DNA of 60,974 bases, from NCBI GenBank assembly GCA_000388065.2, contig KB932201.1; one strand, 5' to 3'. Source of the stretch: Fonticula alba ATCC 38817 (lineage: Eukaryota; Protista; Nucleariida). Both the position numbers and the translations under genes were made by a program. Positions 49,459 to 60,974 of the stretch are shown one piece after another; within the stretch, counting starts at the first letter, position 1, and every line of letters starts with the position of its first letter. A model generated the notes under the pieces. The model made no database searches, was not told the origin of the DNA, and worked only from the letters and a program-made list of their open reading frames with translations.

Positions 49459-49605
49459 CCCCCTGCCCTCCTCCGGAGCTGCCCCCTCGTTGGGGCTGGT
49501 GGACGCTCGACTGACCCGCCCTCCCCGCGCGCGCCCCCTCCCTCCCTCCCTCCCTCTCTTTCTCTCCCCCTCCTGTTGTGTATTTCCTTCCCCGGTGGAC
49601 CCCAG

Positions 49606-52600
49606 CCTCAAGACCCATGTCGCCTACGGCCGGCCATTCGTCAGCATGGACCAGGACATTACCCAGCAGGCCGTCTACCTGCACCTGGTGTCCACCCCCA
49701 AGAAGCCGGAGTCCCCGGAGTCGGCGGTGCGTCGCCGCCATTGCTTCCAGTCAGCCCGGCCCGTGGGGCTCTTCCGGTTGCCGGTCCTCCTGACGCCAAC
49801 ACACCCCTTCCGTCCTTTTCACCCCTGACCCCCCCCCCCAAGCAGCCCATCTCCCAGTCCCCCCCGCCGGAGAAGCGCCCCCGCGTGCTGGGCATCGGTG
49901 TTGAGGGCGGCTTCCCCGCCGACGAGCCTGCCATCGTGGTGTGTTTGCACGATCGGAAAAAGCGCCAACCCCCCATTTTCGCCGGCTAACAGTCTGCCCC
50001 CCCCCCCCCCCCTGCGACCCGTGTGTGCTGTCCTCGGCCATACGTCCTTGCCTTTCGCTTTCGCCCTTTTTCTCCCTCCCTCTTTACCCCCCCCCCCCCC
50101 CCCCCCATGGCCCCAATCCCAGTATGAGGATCACCATCGCTTGGTGTTTGCCCCGGACTTTGATGGTCCCTCGGTGCCGTTCCCTTGCGCGGACATTCCG
50201 GCCGATGTGACGGCCGCCCTGGAGGCCATTCTCAAGGCCACCAGCGCTGGCACCCAGCAGCTCGTCGACACCTGGGTGGCCGACCAGTCGATCGCGGTCT
50301 CCAAGTGCGCTGCCCTCCCCCCTCCCCCTCCCCCGATGTCTCTCCCTTTCCTTCCGCCCATGCACATGCGCCACATGTCCATGTGTTCCTTGGCCAGGGC
50401 CTCTGACCGTCCTCTGTCCCTCGGGCGGGCCTCCTGGCCCGGGGTTCGGGCTTCGCCTGGCGGCCGTGCACCCTCATCGGACACAGGTTCGCCGAAAATC
50501 TGGAGCAGCTGGACAACGGCGTGCGCGTGCCGCCCACCGGGTGGAAGTGCTCCAAGTGCGACCTAACCGAGAACCTGTGGATGAACTTGACCGACGGGGC
50601 CATCCTCTGTGGCCGGCGCAACTGGGATGGCACCGGTGGCAATGGCCACGCGCTGGAGGTGCGCGCTAGTGTCCCCCTGCCCGGAGTCTGGCCCACTTTG
50701 CCGGGCTCGCTATCAAGCATGGCCAACTGACGACTCTGCCCTGCGGCTGGCGGCCATCGCCAGCACTTCGAAGCCACGCGGTATCCCCTGTGCGTCAAGC
50801 TCGGGACCATTTCCTCCAACATGGACGGCATCGATGTGTATTCGTATGCCGAGGATGACATGGTCCGGGTCCCGGCGCTGGCCCGCTACCTGGCGCACTT
50901 TGGCATTCGCGTGCAGGACATGACCAAGTCCGAGAGCACCATCTCCGAGCTGGAGATCGAGCGCAACATGCAGCTGGACTTCGACGTCATCCAGGAGTCC
51001 GGGCAGAATCTGCAGCCGCTCTATGGGCCGGGGTATGTTGCCCCCCCCCCCCCCCGAACCGGGTCCCTCGCCTCGTGCCCTGTCTTGGCATGGCCAGCCG
51101 GCACTCACGCCTTTACTCGCCCTCCCCGCCTCCCCCCCCCCCTCCTCCCTGGTCTTCTTGGCCGCCGGCACAGCTTCACCGGCTTGAAGAACTTCGGCAA
51201 CAGTTGCTATCTCTCCAGCGCCCTGCAGGCGCTCTTCCATACGGACCCCTTCGCGCGGGCTTACTTCGGCGCCGACAACATGCGTGAGAGCCTGGCCCGC
51301 ATGGCCAGCCTCGTGTCGCTGGAGGGCAAGAAGACCGCTGTGGCCGGGGAGCGCCGGCCGCCAATCGGCCTCGACACCCCGGTCGAGGGGAGTGGCATTT
51401 ACACCATGCTGGTGCAGCGGGCCCTCGGCGCGGCCAACGGCGACGGGGCCACCCTCCGGGCGGACCTCACCCTGCAGATGGCCAAGGCTGCTCATGGACT
51501 TCTCTCTGGTCGCTACTCGCCGGCTGACAAGACCAGGTGCGATCGCGGAAGGAAGGGGGAGAGCGTGTGTATGGGGGGGACGGGCGGGCGGGCGGGCGGG
51601 CGGGCGGACAAAAGGCATGGCCATCCCCCGATGCTGACAGCGGCAGATGCGGCAGCCGCGACAGTGGGCCTCCGGCTTTCCTCCAGGATTTGCTAACATG
51701 TCCGACCACCCCCCATGAAGCCTCGGGCCCGATGGTGCCATCGCGCCAGTCACCCTCAAGACGCGCCTCGGTCGCGGGCATGCCGAGTTCTCGACTGGGC
51801 AACAGCAGGATGCCATGGAGCTGATCCACCACCTGCTGGAGTCCCTGGGGCAGGAGCGCCAACGCCTGGACACATTGAAGCCGGCGGCCCTGATGCCGCA
51901 GCTCCTGCCGGAGCCGCACACCCGGCTGCAGTTCCAGCTGGTCAGCAAGCTCCAGTGCATGCAGTCCGAGCAGGTCAAGTTCACCACAGTGACCGAGAAC
52001 TGCCTGAGCCTGCACATTCCGCTGAGCAAGGCGGATGCCGTGGCCGCCGAGCCGGGCGCCCCGGCCGCCGAGCGTCCGGTCGTGCCGCTGCTCTCCTGTC
52101 TGTCCGGTGCGCAGCCAGCTGGCCCTCCCTGCGCCATTTTGCCAGCCCCTCTGACCATCACTCCGCCTCCGCCTCCGCCTCCCTCCTCGCTCCCTTTATT
52201 TGCTCCTGCCCTCGTATGCAGCTCTCAACGATGTGGACGTCATCGAGGATTATCTGTCGCCGGTCACAAAGGCCCGCGGCCCGGCTACCCAATTCGCCAG
52301 CATGCTGAACTTCCCGGATGTGCTGGTGCTGCAAATGCAGCGCTTCGCGGTCGACGACAACTGGCAGCCGGTCAAGGTGGACGCGCTGATCGACGTGCCC
52401 CTGACCCTGGACCTGGGGTTCCTGCGCGGTACGGCCACCCCCGGCCCGGGGGAGACCCTGCTGCCGGAGGAGGATGACAGCAAGGCTTCGGACGGCGGGG
52501 CGGACAAGTCGCCGGCCGCGACCGGGCCACGCTTCTCCCCTGCCGAGGAGGCGGTCATTGCTCAGCTTCTGGATCTGGGCTTCGGGGTGAACCCCAGCCG

Positions 52601-53201
52601 TCGGGCGGTGGTGGCCTGTCGGTCGACCGCCGGCGGCGTGCCGGTCACCATCGAGCAGGCCACCGACTGGTACTTGAGCCACATGGACGACATGGACTTT
52701 GACCAGCCGCTGCCGGAGGAGGACCCGGCACCGGCCGGGGCGGTGGCCGATGCCGCCCCGGGCCCGGCCCTGGACGACGAGTCCATTGCCATGCTCATGT
52801 CTCTGGGCATCGAGCGGAATGTGGCCGAGCGGGCCCTGCGCGAGTGCGGCGGCGACATCGAGCGCTCGGCCGAGTGGAGCTTCACCCACGGGCACGACAT
52901 GCCGCCGGAGGCGCCGCCGAAGAGTGGCGGCAAGTCCGGCTCCGCGACCGCCGCCGGGCCTCTGACCGACGGCCAGCCGGTGTACCGGCTGCGGGCCTTC
53001 GTCAGCCATATGGGCCGGTCCGCGGCCTCCGGGCACTATGTGTGCCATGTGCGTGTTGGCGACGATGACACCGACTGCGACTGGGTCATCTTCAATGACA
53101 GCCATGTTGCCCTGAGCCAAAACCCGCCTCTGATGCACGGGTATCTCTATGTCTACGAGCGGGCCGACTCCTTGGGCCCGGCGCCGACGGCCACCGACTG
53201 A
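49606..53201 (+). CDS. USP5: Ubiquitin carboxyl-terminal hydrolase USP5/USP13/Ubp14 (isopeptidase T), extreme N-terminus unresolved
   Basis: [21 protein letters not shown], ZnF-UBP ([51 protein letters not shown]), Cys box ([20 protein letters not shown]), two UBA domains (QLLDLGF; [29 protein letters not shown]) and His box ([24 protein letters not shown]). The first about 35 aa were not found and may lie in gap 49307-49458. Confidence 0.94.
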
Positions 53202-54577
53202 GGAGCTTGGACCCCGGCACCGGCCCGCCGTGTGCTCGCCCTCGCGCCTTGGCTTGTGTCCCGGGTGGAGGCCCAACTAATCGGCCTGTTTGTTTTGGGT
53301 TGGGGTGTTTTTTTTTTTGCGCGCAGGATGCGGTGCTCCCTCTCGCTCCTTCTCGCAGGGGCCTCCTGGATCCTCTTTTGATGGGCCTTCCCTCTTCGCC
53401 CATCCGAGCATTCGAAGCCTGCGAACTCCACAGATGCCGTGTGTTGCCTCTTGCCCGCTTTCCTCGACGGCTCGCGCCGCGCCCGTTCTTCCGGCCTCCG
53501 CGCGGTGGTCAAAGATTGTGGCCCACAATATACCCCTATTTAACCGGGTTAAGCCCCTTTCCATTTCACGTAATGGGGGGTTCTGTCATGAGGGGGCGCC
53601 GGTGGTTCTGGATGTGCAGATGGGCCCACCTACCAACCGACCCCTTCTCTGGGGATGCCACGGGCTGCGTGGTCCCCAGCCTCTCTCCCCAGGCCGCCTC
53701 ACCACCTGGGCCCCGTCCCCCCCCCGCGTTTCCCGTTCTCCCAGAGCCTTGGGCGGGAGTGGGTTGCAGGCCCGAGAAGCGGCGGGCAGGGGGGCCAGGG
53801 GAAGCGAGACACCGGCCCGTGGGGGAGGAAGCAGGGAGAGAGGGCGGGGGGCACTCGCGGGAGCCACGCATGTGTGTACCCACACTACACCACAGGCCAG
53901 GACTGCGATCGACCGACCGACCGACCGACAGCCGGAGTAGGCAGACCGCCGGACGAGCGGGGGAGGGGGGGGGGCCAAGGAGGGGACCGGGACGCCAGCT
54001 TGTGCATGCATTTATCCATCCATGGATGTGTGACGTAACAATTGCCGGGCGCTGAGCAAGCCGGCATGATCGCATGAATGGGGCCCAGTTCGGCCTGTGT
54101 TGACCCGCGTGTGCTGGCGCACTTCTCCGTGAGCCCCCCCTCCCCCCACGCGTTCTGGGTATTCGGGGGCGCGTACGCACGGCCCGTCTGCCCGTGTGGT
54201 GTGTGTGTGTGTGCGTGTGTGTGTGTGTGTGCAGTGTCATGCCTGTGCGTCTCGGGGCCGGGGCCTGCGGACAGAATCGGATCTCCCAGCCCGGATCTCC
54301 CATTTGTCAGGCCCCCCAGCGCCTGTGGCCCCAAACACTGGGCGGCATTCACATCCCCCCCCCCCCCCCCGTCGACACCTGGGTGGCCCCCTCCCCCTCT
54401 CTCCCCCCCCCCCCTCTCCCTTCCCCCCCCCCTCCCTTCACCCCCCAGCTCCCCCACCCCCTCCCCCCCCCCCCCCCCCCCCCCCCCCCGCCCTGGCTGC
54501 GGTCATCCTTCTCCTGCTTTCTCCGTTTATCTTGTGTGCCTTCCTTCTCCGGCTGACGCCCTCGCCACACTGTTCAG

Positions 54578-55284
54578 CATTTCAACAATGAGCGCTTCGA
54601 GTTGCAAAAGTACGACAGCGCCCTGGCCACCTACGAAAAGGCCGCCATGACAACCAATTCCTCCCTGGCCTTCCTGAACTTTGGCCAGAGCTTGATCTTC
54701 ACCCTGTCCATCACCGGCATGATGATGATGGCCGCTCGAAGTGTGGCCGAACGTGCGTACCCTCCGTGGCCCTTTCTTCCTTCCCCTTGCCACCCCCCTG
54801 CCTTGTCCTCGCTGGGTGTCGCCTCTTTCGACTGACCGGCCCCATGGTCGCCTCTCTCTCTCTCTCTCTCTCTTCCCCCCCCGCCCAAAGAGTCCCTCAC
54901 GGTCGGTGATCTGGTCATGATCAACGGCCTGGTCCTGCAGCTGGCACAGCCGCTGAATTTCCTCGGGACCGTGTATCGTGAAACGCGCCAGTCGCTGACC
55001 GACATGGAGGCCATGTTCGGCTTGCAGAATGAGCCGATCAAGGTGAAGGACGCGCCGGACGCGCGGCCACTGGTGCTCGGGTCGCCGGTCGTTGCCTCGA
55101 CTCCTGGGCTGGCTTCTGCAGCGGCGGCAGCGGCGTCCACGGCCTCGGGCGAGGGCGGGTCCATCGAGTTCCGTGATGTCACCTTCGGCTATGGCCGGGC
55201 TGATGGCCGGCGCATCTTCGAGGGGCTTTCCTTCAAGGTGAAGGCTGGCGAGCGTGTGGCCATTGTTGGAGCCTCCGGCTCCGG
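54578..55284 (+). CDS. ATM1: Internal fragment (2 exons) of the mitochondrial ABC half-transporter ATM1/ABCB7
   Basis: Exons 54578-54752 and 54891-55284: [106 protein letters not shown]. No upstream exons and no ABC signature or Walker B exons in the window. Confidence 0.9.
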
Positions 55285-55413
55285 GTGCGTACCTCTGACT
55301 TCATGTTCTTCTGTCTTTCCCTCCTTCCCTGTTGTTTCCCGCTGTTGGTGTTCGGATTGCCCGGGCCGTCTCTCTCTCTCTCTCTCTCTCTCGCTCCCGG
55401 GGGCTGGCCACAG

Positions 55414-56749
55414 CAAGACCTATGCCTCGGAGAACGCCTTCCAGACCCACTTCCAATCTCGCCGCCACAAGGAGGCCCAGGCCGCCATGGACAAGAAGAA
55501 GGCCGAGGGCACCTACGTTGCCAAGGCCCCGCGCGTGCACAAGTCCGTGGCCGCCATCACCGAGCAGAAGCAGGACGATGGCCTGACCCCGGAGGAGCGC
55601 GAGGTGCGTGCCGCCCTGTGCTACCTTCTCCTTCTCTCCTCCCGCTTCCTCTCCCCCCCCCCCTCTTTCCGCCGAGCCCCTCCTCATGCATGCCCACCTA
55701 ACCCCCGGTGTCCCGTTTGCCTCTTCAGCTCGCTGAAATCGATCGCATCATTGCCAGCGCCCGCAAGATCGAGCTCGAGGAGTGCCTCTTCTGTCTGCAC
55801 AAGAGCGAGGACTTCCAGAGGTGCGTCCTGTCGGTCCCCCACCCCCGGAGGGCCATCCGCTGGCTCACCCACATGCATTCCACCCGGTGCTCGCTCCTCA
55901 CCCTCCCCCCGCCTCCCCCGCCTCCCGGATCCTTGTCCGCCGCACAGCAACCTCAAGCACATGGCTCTGAAGCATAGCTTCTTCATTCCCGACCTCAAGT
56001 ATGTGGTGGACCTTGAGGGGCTCTTCACCTACCTGGCGGAGAAGATCTCCATCGGCAATGTCTGCCTCTATTGTAATGGCCGTGGCCGGTCCTTCCACTC
56101 GCTGGAGGCCGTGCAGAAGCACATGCTCGACCGCGGGCACTGCATTGTCTACTTCGCCGAGGACACCGAGCCCGAGCTGACGGACTTCTACGACTACCGT
56201 CCGTCGTACCCTGATTTCGATGATCGCCACCATGCCAAGCTGGAGGCCAAGCGGTCGCGCCTGCTCGAGGCGCGGGCCATCGCTCGCGAGGAGTACGAGA
56301 AGGGCGGTCTCCCGGTGCCGGAGGACCTGCTCGGGGACGATATCGAGGTGTTCCTCGACTCGGACGACGACTCCGACCTGGAGGGCGACGAGGAGAACGA
56401 GGAGGACCTGCGCGTGGGCAACTACCATGGCCGCTACCAGGGCCAGGCCACCAAGGATGGCCTTCATCTGACCCTGCCGAGCGGGCATCGTGCCGTTCAC
56501 CGGTCCATGATTCGCTACTACAAGCAGACCCTGCCCGATCGGCCGGAGACCGATGCCGAGGACATGAATGTCCTCACCCACCGGTACTCTTCGATGGCCA
56601 TCCACAGCCCGTCGGGTGCCTTTGTGCCGAGCCCGCTGCAGCGGGCCCAGATCCGCCGGCAGATGCGCGCCAAGCAGGACGAGCGCCTGCGCCTGGGCAT
56701 CCGCCGCAACATGCAGTTCACCGTCCGCTCGCAGGTCATCATCTGGTGA
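55414..56749 (+). CDS. REI1: Pre-60S maturation factor REI1/ZNF622, N-terminal part missing
   Basis: Exons 55414-55603, 55729-55820, 55948-56749: [19 protein letters not shown] (second half of ZnF2), [92 protein letters not shown] and a basic C-terminal tail. ZnF1 and the CxxC of ZnF2 are absent. Confidence 0.92.
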
Positions 56750-57075
56750 GCGGGGAGAGGGGGGGGGTATGCACACACGCACATGTGTATATGTGCTGCT
56801 TCGCGCATGCGCCCACACGTCGTCTGTCCTGGCGCCTCTTCCCATCATGCCTCTGTCCTCGTCCTTTCCGTGTCCCCGATCCCCGGCAGTATGTGCGCCG
56901 TTGTTTGCTGAGGGGGAGGGTCCCCTTTCATGGCCCTCCTTTTTGCCCCCATCCTCCTCTCTCACACACACTGAGGGGGAGGAGGAGAGGGCCACCACCA
57001 TCGCTGCCCGGTGTACATATCGGCCGACCGTGTAGAATATACCTTACCTCTCAAAAGAAATGCTTCGCCGCTGGG

Positions 57076-57121
<46 letters not shown>

Positions 57122-57335
57122 CTTGCATGTGTATCAAGGGGAGGAGTTGATAAACAGGAGAGGGAAGGGAGAAAGAGACAGAAGGGAAGAAGACAGTACA
57201 GCATGTGTATTGGCTGTCAATGACAGGGGAAGGAACGCGGGTGCAAGGACATTCGTGCTGCCTTCAAGGTCGAGAGAGGGGGGGGGAGAGAGAGAGAGAG
57301 AGAGGATAACTGACAGACAACAAGGCGGGGGGTGT

Positions 57336-58990
57336 TTAGAACTCAGCGTCCACAGCGGCGGGAGGGTTCTCCTTCTCGAAGTGCGGCTGCTTGGTCTCAT
57401 CGGGCAGGACACCGCTCATCTGAATGCGGGCGGCCACACGCTCAACATCCTCCAGGACACGGATGATGTTGGCGTTGGAAAGCTGTGTGTAGAGCCCATC
57501 AGGCGGATGAAGGGGGTAAGTGACATTGATCGATTGCGGGGCGAGAGCAGCAGGAGGGGGAGCCACGAAGCAAAAGCGGCAAAAGGGAGGCAAAAACGAT
57601 GAGTATGCACCTTGATCAGGTCCTCATCGGAGTAGCCGCGAGACATGAGCTCGGCGAAAAGGACGGGGTAGGTGGAGACATCCTGCATGTCGGAAGGCAG
57701 GAAGGGAACACCGTCGTAATCACCACTGTGGAGAGGGGAGGGAGAGGGTCAGAGAAGCATGGTCGGCGGTACCATGATGCGCGGGGCGAGAGAGGTAAAG
57801 AGACAGGCGCGCAGGGAGTATTGACGCACCCGAGACCAACGTGGTCAATGCCAGCGACGCGGACAATCTGATCAACATGGTCGGCCACATCGACAGAGGT
57901 GCAGTTGAAGGAGGTCTCGGCGCAGCAGATGAACTTGGAGGCAAAGTTGACCTACAGGCATGACAAGGGATCGAGATGGGCACACGTGCGAGCGAGCGAG
58001 AGAGAGAGAGAGAGAGGGAGAAAGGGAAAGGAGAAGGACACATGGTGTGGAGGTCAGACGTGGGGATAGACTAGGGCGAGGGAAAGTACCCGGCGGGGGG
58101 GGGGGGGGGGGGGAGGAACAGGGGGAGGGGCATTCACGCACCATGACAATGCCCTTGTTGGTGGCAACCTGGCGGAGGAGGTGGTCCGGGACGTTACGGG
58201 CGTGGTCGCAGACGGAGAAGGCCGAAGAGTGGGAGAAGATGACCGGGGCCTGGGTGACGCTCAGGACGTCGGCCATGGCCTTGGCCGAGACGTGGGACAG
58301 GTCGATGAGCATGCCAAGACGGTTCATCTCACGGACGACGGTCTCGCCGAACTCGGTCAGGCCGTTGTGCTCCGGGGTGGTGGTGGCCGAATCGATCCAG
58401 GCGGTGTTGCAGTTGTGCGAGAGGGTCATGTAGCGGACACCCAGATCGTACATCTGTGTCGGACCGGGGAGAGCAGGATCGAGCGGAAAAGGAAGGGGGA
58501 GATTGATCAGGAGGACAACCGATGGGTCGAGGTGTCAGCAAGCACCCGGTGCAGGAAGAAGGGCTTCAGAGGGGAGGGGAAGAAGGCCGAGGGGAACGCA
58601 CGGCGCGCAGCGCATAGAGCGAGCCATCAATCTGGTGGCCACCCTCGATACCGAGCAGGGAGGCAATCTTGCCCTCGGACAGGGCCTTGCGAATGTCGTT
58701 TGCGGTGATGGCATACGCGAAGGTCTACACCGTGGGGAGGGTGGCACCGGGCGCCGGGGAAAGGGGAGGTCAGTCGACTGCGCCGGTCCGGGAGGGGGGG
58801 GAGGAGGGGGGAAGAAAAAAAGGGAAGGCACCGCGCACATCATCGTAGTGGGAGATCATGCGGCGAGACAGGTCAATCTGCTCCAGGGTCTGGAGGACGT
58901 CGTCGCTCCACTCCTTGTAGTTGGCCTTGCAGGGGACGTAGACCGACCAGAACTGGCCACCGACGCCACCGGCGCGCAGGCGGGGAATGT
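57336..58990 (-). CDS. Membrane/renal dipeptidase family (peptidase M19), 5' exon(s) lost in or beyond the gap
   Basis: [119 protein letters not shown] and [15 protein letters not shown], spread over at least 6 exons. Confidence 0.93.
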
Positions 58991-59036
58991 CTGCCGGAGG
59001 GGGGGAGGACGGGTGAGGACAGGGGGGGCAGGCAGA

Positions 59037-59356
59037 NNNNNNNNNNNNNNNNNNNNNNNNNNNNNNNNNNNNNNNNNNNNNNNNNNNNNNNNNNNNNNNN
59101 NNNNNNNNNNNNNNNNNNNNNNNNNNNNNNNNNNNNNNNNNNNNNNNNNNNNNNNNNNNNNNNNNNNNNNNNNNNNNNNNNNNNNNNNNNNNNNNNNNNN
59201 NNNNNNNNNNNNNNNNNNNNNNNNNNNNNNNNNNNNNNNNNNNNNNNNNNNNNNNNNNNNNNNNNNNNNNNNNNNNNNNNNNNNNNNNNNNNNNNNNNNN
59301 NNNNNNNNNNNNNNNNNNNNNNNNNNNNNNNNNNNNNNNNNNNNNNNNNNNNNNNN
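59037..59356. other. Assembly gap in the 5' part of the dipeptidase gene
   Basis: 320 N flanked by G-rich tracts. Confidence 0.99.
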
Positions 59357-60974
59357 GAGGAGGGGGGCGGGGGGGGGGGGATCTGACGGGGGGGAGAAAA
59401 GGAGATCTGCCAGGCACATGGCACGCCGATCGCCCTCCGGCGGCCGCCTTTAAAGGGAGCACACACGGCACACGCTTGGGGCGGCCGCGCGCCCCGGGCG
59501 GGATGCTGCTTATCCAAACTTGCTTTGGGATGGGCCTCGCAGGCCCCCCCCCCCCCCCCTGGCCCAGGCGGGTGAATTCCTTTGTTCCGAGGGGAAGCAG
59601 CATGGAACAAAAGGGGGAGAGACCGGCGGACCCGGGAGAGAAAGTAATCTGGGTCTCTATCTCCGGTTGGGGGCTACTTCATCGGCGCTGGGACCGACTT
59701 GCACACACACACACCCTATTCTTCTACGACGAAGGCCCCGGGGCGGGGGCGCGCAGTATCGCCTTCTCCCTATTTTCAATGTCCCACACACTCGGGAGGG
59801 GGCCCGGGGGGGGACTGGGGGCGGTGGCCCCCCTCCGGCCGGCTGGTGGGACGCGCCTCTGGCCTGGGCTCACCACTCCGGTGTTTGCTGGCCGCAGCCC
59901 CCAATGTGACCAGCTGTCCCTCGAGCCGGCTGTGCCCTGGCCGTGGCTGGCGGCTCTCTTCGGCGGAAATGTGCGATTTTCCCCTGGCCTTGGGGCCCGG
60001 GGAAATTAGAGCCGCGGATCTGTGACTCTCATGAATGGCGTTCCACGAGCCTGTGACTCGCGCCGTGTGCGATTGTCGTAGAGTCACGTTGGCGCCGATC
60101 ATGGATTTTCCCGACTCGGACGGTTTGTCAGCATTTTCCCACAGGGCGCATTTCACCTTTTCCGGGCTCCCACCTTCCACCAGTCGGGAGTATAAGAGCC
60201 CCACAGCGACCGATGCTAGCCCTGGTAGATGATCCGTCAGCGGGGGGGGGGCCGTTGGCTGCCCGGTTGCTGCTGCTGCTCCGCCGGCCGCCCGTCCAAG
60301 CAGATGCCAAGCAGCAGGGAAGCATCTGCCCGGGGTCCTGTATGATGTTGGTTATTGTTTACATGCTTTTTTGGCTGCAACGCCGCGGCATCCCAGTCGG
60401 CGCCATTTTACCCCAGCCGGCCCCACAAGAGTTTGTTGGGGCTACGTGGCTGCGCGTCGGCATCAGTGTCACGACTCGGGGATCTCAGGCTGCTTCACGG
60501 AGCGTGCCCCAGAGTCCCCGGGCGTGTGGCTGGCAGGCGCCCCGCCACCGTCGGCTGCCCCGGCACAGGGGCACGAGGGCGGGGAGCCCGTTCCCAGGGG
60601 GCAGATCCCACGTTGGGCGACTCCCGCCCTTCGAGGGCGCACACGTATCGGTGCACGCGCGTGTGGCAGGGCGCCGAGGGCGGGGAACTGGGGGGGGGGC
60701 CTCCCGACCGGCCAGATCGCCCCGCGTCCCCCCCTCAAGAGGGCCCGGCCCCGGGGCAGTCTACAGCGGGGGCCCCGGCAAAGCGACCATCAACCACCCC
60801 CCAGCTGGCCTATGCAAATCTGACCCCACGCACGCCTCACTGCCTGCCCGGATCCTCGTTGGAGCCCAAGCAAGTGAAAGCGCCTCCCTTCCCCACCGAT
60901 CTCGACGCCTGTTCCTATTTCCACCTCCTTATTCCCTCCCTCCCTCTCCCCTCCCTCCCTCTCTCTCTCTCTCT

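Noticed and set aside
55285-55413. CWCSDC in the read-through of the ATM1-REI1 intron as a replacement CxxC for the REI1 finger
   Set aside because: It is about 17 residues from KTY, which does not fit C2H2 spacing, and the segment has normal donor and acceptor sites.
1-60974. tRNA, rRNA, CRISPR arrays, transposons, recoding signals
   Set aside because: No cloverleaf/T-loop, rRNA similarity, spacer array, transposase or RT motif, or in-frame stop inside a conserved exon was seen by eye. tRNAscan-SE, Infernal and RepeatModeler would be needed to exclude them formally.

Overview
Eukaryotic, very GC-rich, intron-containing nuclear DNA from a draft assembly with seven N-gaps. The mix of fungal-like and animal-like orthologues and the microsatellite-filled introns suggest a unicellular opisthokont such as Fonticula; this is an inference, not something the sequence proves. 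I can support 14 coding units: ALG5 (-, runs off the window start), RRN7/TAF1B (-), an orphan protein with a mitochondrial-like leader (+), RPL4 (+), mitochondrial TrpRS (-), a PX/PH-like/DUF547 protein (+), PI4-kinase alpha (-), TRMO (-), WDR81 (+), CPT2 (-), USP5/Ubp14 (+), an internal ATM1/ABCB7 fragment (+), an N-terminally truncated REI1/ZNF622 (+) and an M19 dipeptidase (-). Most other ORFs in the track are antisense shadows or read-through of stop-poor introns. The most unusual locus is 54.6-56.7 kb, where ATM1 exons can splice in frame into REI1 exons and the junction rebuilds a Walker A motif (GASGSG|KT). A mis-join at a (CT)n tract is the simplest explanation, but a real fusion is not excluded. 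I found no tRNA, rRNA, CRISPR array or transposon, and nothing I can claim as a new multi-gene system.
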